NCBI GenBank assembly: GCA_035706765.1
Contig: DASSUS010000017.1
Coordinates: 25,698 to 57,697 of the forward strand
Source: Gemmatimonadales bacterium
GTDB lineage: Bacteria > Gemmatimonadota > Gemmatimonadetes > Gemmatimonadales > GWC2-71-9
Length of the DNA stretch: 32,000 nt
Direction of reading: 5' to 3'
Every line of letters starts with the position of its first letter. Within the stretch, counting starts at the first letter, position 1. Below are positions 23,302 through 32,000 of the stretch, piece by piece. The position numbers and the translations under genes are program-made. The notes under the pieces were generated by a model that saw only the letters and a list, made by a program, of their open reading frames with translations, was not told where the DNA came from and made no database searches.

Positions 23302-23918
23302 TTCTCACAGGACTCGCCCCCGATCCGCGACGGCCGGACTACTGCCTGGTCGATGTGGATCGGGGGCGGTTTGCGTCTCTCCCCGCGGCGGCGCTCGCCG
23401 ATCTGGGACTGCGGGTCGGTTGGGAAATTCCGCCCCTCGTTTTTGAGCGGTTGCAGGAGCTGGCGGACATCGAGGCGGCGCATCGCGCCGCGCTCCGGGC
23501 GCTGGCGCGCCGCGCGCACGCCCGAAACGACCTGCGGCGCCGGCTATTGCAGAAGCAGCATCCGCCGCGCGCGGTGGATGTGGCGCTGGACCGACTCAGC
23601 GCGGCGAACCTGCTCGACGATGCGCGTTTTGCCTTCGATTACGCCGCCGCCAAGGCTCGGCGCGGTCGCGGGCCTGCCCGGCTTGCGCGCGATCTCCAGG
23701 CGCAGGGCATCGATCGGCGAGTGGCGGAGGAAGCGGTGCGGCAGTCGCTGGCGAGCGAAGGAGTCGATCCGGCGCAGACTGTGAAGGCATTGGTAGAGAA
23801 GCGCGCTAAACAATTGGCCGGTTTGCCGCCGCTCGTGAAAAAGCGGCGCCTGGTGGCGTTCCTGGCCCGGCGAGGATTTCAGAGCTCGGACATCAGAACG
23901 GCCTTTGAGGGCTTGTGA
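23298..23918 (+). CDS. recX: RecA regulator RecX
   Basis: GTG 23298 forms GTGA with the recA stop. The 206-aa helical-repeat protein ([22 protein letters not shown]..., [34 protein letters not shown]) sits in the classic recA-recX-alaS arrangement. Confidence 0.85.
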   Translation: MILTGLAPDPRRPDYCLVDVDRGRFASLPAAALADLGLRVGWEIPPLVFERLQELADIEAAHRAALRALARRAHARNDLRRRLLQKQHPPRAVDVALDRLSAANLLDDARFAFDYAAAKARRGRGPARLARDLQAQGIDRRVAEEAVRQSLASEGVDPAQTVKALVEKRAKQLAGLPPLVKKRRLVAFLARRGFQSSDIRTAFEGL

Positions 23919-23925
23919 TGGTTTT

Positions 23926-23956
23926 GCCCCGCGGCCGTGCCGCGGGGCTCCTTTAA
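23926..23956 (+). terminator. Intrinsic terminator after recX
   Basis: GCCCCGCGG (23926-23934), loop CCGTG, and CCGCGGGGC (23940-23948) form a perfect 9-bp GC stem, followed by TCCTTTAA. Confidence 0.75.
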
Positions 23957-23991
23957 CTCTCAGCCTGTCTTTCAGTTGCACCTCCCCGCGC

Positions 23992-23997
23992 TATATT
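23992..23997 (+). promoter_or_regulatory. Putative alaS -10 hexamer TATATT, 7 nt upstream of the ATG
   Basis: The sequence is TATATT CCCCGCC ATG. No purine-rich Shine-Dalgarno lies between the hexamer and the start. A weak -35 candidate CTTTCA lies 17 nt upstream. Confidence 0.35.
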
Positions 23998-24004
23998 CCC
24001 CGCC

Positions 24005-26607
<2,603 letters not shown>

Positions 26608-26611
<4 letters not shown>

Positions 26612-26874
26612 AGCGCGCAGAGGTCCTGGCGTGGCTCGACACGCGGCGCCCCGCGCCGCCGGCGAGCTTGCGCGAGCGGTTACGGGGGGCGGTGCACGAC
26701 GCGCCCGACGGGCTTGCTGCCCACCTGGCGCAGCACGGTCGCGAGCTGCTCGAACGCGTGGCGGCGCGCCCCGGCGGCGGCCGCGAGCTCGCGCTCGATC
26801 TGCTCGCCGCGGACGCCTTCGCCACGTACGCGTTCGAGGCGCAGGCTGAAGCTGGAAAGGGGGCGTCCGAATGA
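26608..26874 (+). CDS. 88-aa hypothetical protein (Ala/Arg/Leu-rich, helical-looking)
   Basis: GTG 26608 forms GTGA with the alaS stop, and its own stop forms ATGA with the next gene. GC3 is high throughout. I recognise no motif. Confidence 0.55.
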
Positions 26875-27608
26875 AACTCGATGGTGCCGGCTTGCTCGTG
26901 CTCGTCGATCCGGTGCGCACCGGGGCCGACGACGCGGCGCGGATCGGTCGGGAAGCCAAAGCCGCGGGCGTGCGCGGCCTGCTGATCGGCTCCTCGTTCG
27001 ACGGCGCGGCCCAGACGCACGACGTGGCGCGCGCGCTCCGGCAGAATGCGCCCGGTGTGCCGGTCGCGCTGTTTCCGGGCTCGGCCATGCAGCTCACCGA
27101 CCAGGTCGATCTGGTGCTGTTTCTCTCGCTCGTATCCGGTCGCAATCCCCAGTATCTGATCGAGGAACACGTCCGGGCCGTTCCGTTCCTTCAGCAGCAT
27201 CCGGTGGAGACGCTCTCGACCGCATACATCCTGATCGACGGTGGGCGCGTCACCAGCGTCGAATCGGTGAGCCAGACCCGGCCCCTGCCGGCCGACAAGC
27301 CCGAGCTGGCCGCGGCGCACGCCACGGCGGCGGCGCTCATCGGCATGCAGGCGGTCTACCTCGACGCCGGGAGCGGGGCCGAGCGCCCCGTGTCGACCGA
27401 GATCATCCGGGCCTGCCGCGCCGCCGCGCCCAGGCGCCCGCTGTTCGTGGGCGGCGGCATTCGCACGCCTGCCCAGGCGCGCGCCGCTCGTCAGGCGGGA
27501 GCGGACTTCATCGTCATCGGCACCGTCGTCGAGGAAGGCCCGCAGGGCGAGCTCGGCAAACGGGGAGGACTCGGCGGGCTCGGCGCGTTCGTCGAGGCGG
27601 CGCGGTGA
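26871..27608 (+). CDS. GGGPS/PcrB-family (poly)prenylglyceryl-phosphate synthase
   Basis: 245 aa with VDPVR...GLLIGSS, VALFPGSAMQL, DLVLFLSLVSGRNPQYLI, AVYLDAGSGAERPV, LFVGGGIRTPAQA and GADFIVIGT. This is the TIM-barrel layout of PcrB/GGGP synthases. Confidence 0.75.
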   Translation: MKLDGAGLLVLVDPVRTGADDAARIGREAKAAGVRGLLIGSSFDGAAQTHDVARALRQNAPGVPVALFPGSAMQLTDQVDLVLFLSLVSGRNPQYLIEEHVRAVPFLQQHPVETLSTAYILIDGGRVTSVESVSQTRPLPADKPELAAAHATAAALIGMQAVYLDAGSGAERPVSTEIIRACRAAAPRRPLFVGGGIRTPAQARAARQAGADFIVIGTVVEEGPQGELGKRGGLGGLGAFVEAAR

Positions 27609-28177
27609 GCGCAGAACAGATTCGCGAGCGGCTCGACGATCTCGCGACGCTCGCGGGCCAGGTCGCGGCGCAGCAGACCGACGCGATCGGCGCCATCGTC
27701 GATCGCTACGAGGCGACGCTGCGCGGTGGCGGGACGCTGTTCTTCGCCGGCAACGGCGGCAGCGCCGCCGATGCGCAGCATATCGCGACCGAGTATGTGG
27801 TCCGATACCAGACCAATCGGCCCGCGATGCGCGCCGTCGCGCTCACGACCGACACGTCGCTGCTCACCGCGTGCGCGAATGACATGGGCTTCGACGAGAT
27901 CTTCGCGCGCCAGGTCGAAGCGCTCGCCGAGCCGGGCGACTTGCTGGTGCTGCACTCCACCTCCGGCGAGAGTCCCAACGTGATTCGGGCCGCGCAGTCG
28001 GCGCGGGCCCGGGGCGTGAGCGTCGTCGCCCTGCTCGGCCGGAGCGGCGGGCAGCTGAAGGACCTCGTGGACGTCGCGCTCGTGATTCCGTCCGACGACA
28101 CGGCGCGGATCCAGGAGCTGCACCTCGCGATCGAGCACATCATCTGTGACATCGTCGAAGATCGGTTGAAGGGTTAG
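27605..28177 (+). CDS. gmhA: SIS-domain D-sedoheptulose-7-phosphate isomerase (GmhA/DiaA family)
   Basis: This is the last 190 codons of track ORF 26714..28177. GTG 27605 forms GTGA with the upstream stop. FFAGNGGSAADAQHIATE, LHSTSGESPNVIRA and IQELHLAIEHIICDIVE are present. Confidence 0.8.
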   Translation: MSAEQIRERLDDLATLAGQVAAQQTDAIGAIVDRYEATLRGGGTLFFAGNGGSAADAQHIATEYVVRYQTNRPAMRAVALTTDTSLLTACANDMGFDEIFARQVEALAEPGDLLVLHSTSGESPNVIRAAQSARARGVSVVALLGRSGGQLKDLVDVALVIPSDDTARIQELHLAIEHIICDIVEDRLKG

Positions 28178-28194
28178 CGGAGAGTGGTGCGGCC

Positions 28195-28923
28195 ATGATC
28201 GATCTCACCGGGAAGAGAGCGTTCGTCACCGGCGGCGGGCGCGGCATCGGGCGCGCGACGGCGGTGCTGCTGGCGCGCGCGGGAGCGAAGGTGGCGGTGG
28301 GCTACCGCGCCCGCAAACCCGCCGCGGAACCGCACATCGTGGCGGCCGTGCGCGGCGATCTCGGCACCGCGACCGGCGCCAAGAAGGCGGTGGCCGAGGC
28401 GCTGCGCGCTTTGGGCGGCGGGCTCGACATCCTCGTGGTGAACCACGGCGTGTGGCCCGCCGATGACACGCCGGTCGCCGAGCTGAGCGACGAACGGTGG
28501 GAGTCGACGCGTCGCGCCAACCTGGACGGCGTCATCTACGTCTGCCGGGCGGCGATCCCCGACATACCGGCCGGCGGCACGATCGTGCTCGTGTCGTCCA
28601 CCGCGGGCCAGCGCGGCGAAGCGTTTCACGCCGACTACGCCGCGACCAAGGGTGCGGTCATCTCCTTCACCAAGTCGCTCGCCGTCGAGCTCGCGCCCAG
28701 GATCACCGTGAATTGCGTCGCGCCGGGTTGGGTCGATACCGAAATGTCGGCCAAGCCGTATCTCGGCGAAGGCCGCGCCCGGATCGAGAAAACGATTCCC
28801 CTTGGCCGGGTCGCGACCGCCGAAGATGTCGCCGGACCGATTCTGTTCATGTGCTCGCCCCTGGCACGTCACATCACGGGTGAGATCCTGAACGTCAACG
28901 GCGGCAGCGTTCTGTGCGGGTGA
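28195..28923 (+). CDS. Short-chain dehydrogenase/reductase (FabG-like)
   Basis: GKRAFVTGGGRGIGRA, VNHGV, SSTAGQRG, YAATKGA and NCVAPGWVDTEM are present. GGAGAG lies upstream of the ATG. Confidence 0.85.
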   Translation: MIDLTGKRAFVTGGGRGIGRATAVLLARAGAKVAVGYRARKPAAEPHIVAAVRGDLGTATGAKKAVAEALRALGGGLDILVVNHGVWPADDTPVAELSDERWESTRRANLDGVIYVCRAAIPDIPAGGTIVLVSSTAGQRGEAFHADYAATKGAVISFTKSLAVELAPRITVNCVAPGWVDTEMSAKPYLGEGRARIEKTIPLGRVATAEDVAGPILFMCSPLARHITGEILNVNGGSVLCG

Positions 28924-28932
28924 CGCCGTAGC

Positions 28933-29310
28933 ATGATCCTCGGGCTCGGTCTCGACGTCGTGGAAACGGCGGAGCTGGGACGCACTCTCGCGAAACAGGG
29001 CGAGCGGTTCGAGCAACGGGTGTTCACGGCGGCCGAAATCGCGGCAAGTGCGGGTCGCGTCGACCGCGAGCAGGCGTTGGCGGCGCGATTTGCCGCGAAG
29101 GAGGCGTGCCTCAAAGCCCTGGGCACCGGGGTCAGTGAGGGCCTGTCGTTACAACAGGTGGAGGTGAGCAGCGCGGACGGCGGCTCGCCGTCGATCAATC
29201 TGAGCGGCGCGGCGGCCGACCGCGCTCGCGCGCGCGGGGTGCGCGCGATCCACGTGTCGCTCTCGCACCAGCCGGGACTCGCTGCCGCCGTCGTGATCCT
29301 CGAAGGCTGA
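28933..29310 (+). CDS. acpS: Holo-[acyl-carrier-protein] synthase
   Basis: 125 aa with MILGLGLDVVE, RFAAKEACLKALG and HVSLSH. Confidence 0.85.
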   Translation: MILGLGLDVVETAELGRTLAKQGERFEQRVFTAAEIAASAGRVDREQALAARFAAKEACLKALGTGVSEGLSLQQVEVSSADGGSPSINLSGAAADRARARGVRAIHVSLSHQPGLAAAVVILEG

Positions 29311-29312
29311 CG

Positions 29313-30455
29313 ATGGCGTTTCCCGCCACGCTTCCCATTCCCGATGAAGTGCTCCGCATCGCCCGGCGGCTCGAGGATGCGGGGTTTGAGACGTGGTGCG
29401 TGGGCGGCGCGATTCGCGACAACCTGCTCGGCGTCGAGAACCACGATTTCGATTTGACCACCGCCGCGCCGCCCGCTGAGGTCCAAAAGCTCTTCAAGCG
29501 CACCGTGCCGGTAGGGATCGAGCATGGCACGGTCGCGGTCCTCGATAGCACCGGCAAGCCCCATGAGGTGACCACATTCCGCAAGGACATTCAGACCGAC
29601 GGCCGTCACGCGGTCGTCGAGTTCGGGGTGTCGCTCATGGACGATTTGGCGCGGCGTGATTTCACGATCAACGCCATCGCCTACCATCCGGTCCGGCATG
29701 AGTGGCGCGACCCGTTCCAGGGCGCGCAGGATCTCGAGAAGAAGCTGATCCGCTCGGTGGGTGATCCGAACTGGCGCTTTCAGGAAGACTATCTGCGTAT
29801 CCTGCGCGCGCTCCGGTTCAGCGCGCGGTTCGAGTTTCGCATTCATCCGCGCACGCTCGAGGCGGCCAAGGCCAATGTGCAGGGGCTCGCGCAACTCTCC
29901 GCCGAGCGCGTGCGGGAAGAGTGGTTCAAGGGAATCCAGACGGCGAAGAAGGTCTCGAAGCTCGTGGCGCTCTGGAAAGACATCGGGGCGAAGCGCATCT
30001 GGCTGCCCGAGCTGGGCGATGCCGCGGGCGTCGACAAGCTGCCGCGCGATCCCGTCCTGCTCACCGCGTACATCGCCAAGGATCCCGCCTCGCTGCTCAC
30101 GCGGCTCAAGGCGTCCAATCGCGACATCGAGCGCGGCCGGGCGATCGGCAAGTGGCGCGAGAACTATCCGGATCCCAAAGACGCCGCTCGCGTGCGGCGC
30201 TGGATGTCCGAAGTCGGCGAGTATGTGGACGACCTGCTCGTCGGCGCGTCCGACGCGCTTCGCAAAGCGGTCGCCGCGATTCGCGCCGCGAATCCTCCGC
30301 TCGCGCTCAAGGACCTGGCGGTGAAAGGCGACGACTTGATCGCGGCCGGCGTGCGCCCGGGGCCGGACGTGGGGGAAGCCCTGGCGCGACTGCTCGACGA
30401 GGTCCTGGAAGATCCCGGGCGCAACACGCGGGACTACCTGCTCTCGCGTGTCTAA
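29313..30455 (+). CDS. Class II tRNA nucleotidyltransferase/poly(A) polymerase family protein (CCA- or A-adding enzyme; no HD domain seen)
   Basis: CVGGAIRDNLLG, DFDLTT, RRDFTINAIAY and QEDYLRILRALRFSARF are present. Confidence 0.8.
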   Translation: MAFPATLPIPDEVLRIARRLEDAGFETWCVGGAIRDNLLGVENHDFDLTTAAPPAEVQKLFKRTVPVGIEHGTVAVLDSTGKPHEVTTFRKDIQTDGRHAVVEFGVSLMDDLARRDFTINAIAYHPVRHEWRDPFQGAQDLEKKLIRSVGDPNWRFQEDYLRILRALRFSARFEFRIHPRTLEAAKANVQGLAQLSAERVREEWFKGIQTAKKVSKLVALWKDIGAKRIWLPELGDAAGVDKLPRDPVLLTAYIAKDPASLLTRLKASNRDIERGRAIGKWRENYPDPKDAARVRRWMSEVGEYVDDLLVGASDALRKAVAAIRAANPPLALKDLAVKGDDLIAAGVRPGPDVGEALARLLDEVLEDPGRNTRDYLLSRV

Positions 30456-31167
30456 CGCTCTGCTGTACGCGCTCGTCGCGGCGGCCGGAAACGTGCTCGG
30501 CGCGCTCGCCGTTACGCGCCGCGCGGTGCGGCAGCTGCGTGTCATCGAGCTGCTGGTGGCGTTCGGGGCGGGGTTCATGCTGTCGGTCGCGATCGTCGAG
30601 CTGCTGCCCGCGGCGCTCACTCGCAGCGGCGATCTGGCGGCGGCCCTGGTGCTCGCCGGCTACCTCGCCGTGCACCTCACGCAGCATACGGTGACGCCGC
30701 ATTTCCATTTTGGCGAAGAGACGCACGCGGTGAGCTCGGTGGCGGGCACGTCGGCGCTGGTGGGACTGCTGCTCCACACCTTCTTCGACGGGGTCGCGAT
30801 CGCGAGCGCGTTCCTGGTCCGGCCCGGGCTGGGAATCCTCGTTTTCATCGCGATTTTCCTGCACAAATTTCCAGAGGGTGTGACGATCGCCAGCCTCGTG
30901 GTGGCGGGCGGCCGTTCGCCGCGCCGGGCGGTGGGCGCGGCCACCCTGCTTGGTTTGGCGACGCTCGCCGGTGTCGCCCTGACGGACGCCGTCGGCTTTC
31001 TCGTCATTCACGGCCTCGCGCTCTCGGCGGGTGTCACGATCTACGTCGCCGCGTCGAACCTGGTACCGGAGTTTCAGGGTAAGAAGGGATGGACGCTGCC
31101 CGCCGCCTTCTTTGCAGGAGCCGCGGTGTTTTATTTCACGAAAACACTGCTGGATGGAGTGTCGTGA
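30448..31167 (+). CDS. ZIP-family divalent metal transporter (ZupT-like)
   Basis: GTG 30448 overlaps the upstream stop by 8 nt. The protein is polytopic and hydrophobic, with HTFFDGVAIA and FLHKFPEGVTIA. Confidence 0.8.
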   Translation: MSNALLYALVAAAGNVLGALAVTRRAVRQLRVIELLVAFGAGFMLSVAIVELLPAALTRSGDLAAALVLAGYLAVHLTQHTVTPHFHFGEETHAVSSVAGTSALVGLLLHTFFDGVAIASAFLVRPGLGILVFIAIFLHKFPEGVTIASLVVAGGRSPRRAVGAATLLGLATLAGVALTDAVGFLVIHGLALSAGVTIYVAASNLVPEFQGKKGWTLPAAFFAGAAVFYFTKTLLDGVS

Positions 31168-32000
31168 CGGAGCCTACGCTGTTCCAGGGGTCGACCGAGC
31201 CGCTCGCCGCGCGCATGCGGCCGAAGAACCTCGAGCAATTCCTCGGACAAGAGCACCTGCTGGGCCCCGGCAAGGCGCTGGGCGAGCTGATCCGCCGCGG
31301 CGAGCTGGGGTCGTGCATCTTCTGGGGCCCGCCGGGCTCCGGCAAGACCACGCTCGCCAGGATCATCGCGAACTACACCGACCGGCACTTCGAGCCGTTT
31401 TCCGCCGTGACAGAGGGCGTGGGGCGAGTCCGCGAGATCATCAAGGAAGCGGAGGAGCGGCTCAAGTACCACGGGCAGGGGACGATTCTGTTTTGCGACG
31501 AGATCCACCGCTTCAACAAGTCACAGCAGGACGCGTTTCTCCCCTGGGTCGAGAACGGCATCATCACGCTGATCGGGGCGACGACGGAGAATCCCAGCTT
31601 CGAGCTGACCGGCGCGTTGCTGTCGCGCTGTCGCGTGTTCGTGCTCGAGCCGCTGAGCGACGAGCACATCCGGACGGTGATCCAGCGGGCACTCGCCGGA
31701 AGCGGGACGGGGGACGAGGGACGAGTGCTGGCGGACGAGGCGATTGACCTGCTCGTCGTACACGCCCAAGGCGACGCGCGGCGCGCACTGAATACGCTCG
31801 AAGCCGTCTTGAAGCACATCACCGCGTCCGCCGCCCCGCGTCCCGCCTCACCCGACGTTATTCGCCAGGTGCTCGAGAAGCCGCTCCCCATGTACGACAA
31901 GGCCGGCGAGCAGCACTTCAACCTGATCTCGGCGCTGCACAAGGCGGTACGGGGGTCTGATCCTGACGGCGCGCTCTACTGGCTCGCGCGCATGCTGGCG
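31164..32000 (+). CDS. rarA: Replication-associated recombination protein A (AAA+ RarA/MgsA), N-terminal 279 codons; continues beyond the right edge
   Basis: Not in the ORF track because there is no stop in the window. GTG 31164 forms GTGA with the ZIP stop. Hand translation gives LAARMRPKNLEQFLGQEHLLGPG, Walker A WGPPGSGKTT, ILFCDEIHRFNKSQQDAFLPWVENG, LIGATTENPSFEL, GDARRALNTLE and HFNLISALHKAVRGSDPDGALYWLARML. Confidence 0.9.
   Translation, partial: MTEPTLFQGSTEPLAARMRPKNLEQFLGQEHLLGPGKALGELIRRGELGSCIFWGPPGSGKTTLARIIANYTDRHFEPFSAVTEGVGRVREIIKEAEERLKYHGQGTILFCDEIHRFNKSQQDAFLPWVENGIITLIGATTENPSFELTGALLSRCRVFVLEPLSDEHIRTVIQRALAGSGTGDEGRVLADEAIDLLVVHAQGDARRALNTLEAVLKHITASAAPRPASPDVIRQVLEKPLPMYDKAGEQHFNLISALHKAVRGSDPDGALYWLARMLA

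Noticed and set aside
26714-27604. N-terminal ~297 codons of track ORF 26714..28177
   Set aside because: Out of frame over the 88-aa ORF and the GGGPS gene. The recognisable SIS domain starts at the GTGA-coupled GTG 27605.
28869-30620. 583-aa minus-strand ORF
   Set aside because: Antisense to acpS and the CCA-enzyme gene, spanning both. No domain.

Overview
Very GC-rich, almost gap-free bacterial chromosomal segment. I recognised no rRNA, tRNA, CRISPR array, transposase or integrase. Positions 1-21712 are an accessory cell-surface polysaccharide region, built as two divergent operons around the 255-nt intergenic region 14409-14663. The leftward (minus) operon is about 14.4 kb, with genes joined by ATGA/GTGA or short overlaps. 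In order it encodes: a PglF/CapD-type membrane 4,6-dehydratase; a DegT-type aminotransferase; an FMT/ArnA-type formyltransferase; a PIG-L de-N-acetylase; a small PglC-type priming phosphoglycosyltransferase; a FemAB-like::ATP-grasp fusion; a 25-codon hydrophobic micro-ORF; three tandem secreted purple-acid-phosphatase-like paralogues (one motif-intact, one partly substituted, one fully degenerate) with a 79-aa Pro-rich mini-lipoprotein between them; a nucleotidyltransferase::dTMP-kinase-like fusion; a similarly laid-out stand-alone P-loop protein; and the start of a Wzx-like flippase. The rightward (plus) operon encodes a Wzz-domain/BY-tyrosine-kinase co-polymerase and a Wza-like export protein, then, after only a 7-nt gap, treZ and an amylo-alpha-1,6-glucosidase-type debranching enzyme. 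Positions 21771-32000 are housekeeping: a yraN-like gene, recA-recX, a clean hairpin terminator, then a long overlapping gene string (alaS, an 88-aa unknown, a GGGPS/PcrB-family prenyltransferase, gmhA, an SDR, acpS, a CCA/poly(A)-polymerase-family enzyme, a ZIP transporter, and partial rarA). Most other long ORFs in the supplied track are antisense or out-of-frame shadows, as expected in high-GC DNA. The best candidate for an undescribed system is the block 248-8775: an aminoacyl-ligase fusion, the catalytic/pseudo-catalytic phosphoesterase trio, and the NTase/kinase pair, all embedded in and translationally coupled to a glycan operon in which I recognise no Leloir glycosyltransferase. All domain calls come from reading motifs by eye; no database search was run.
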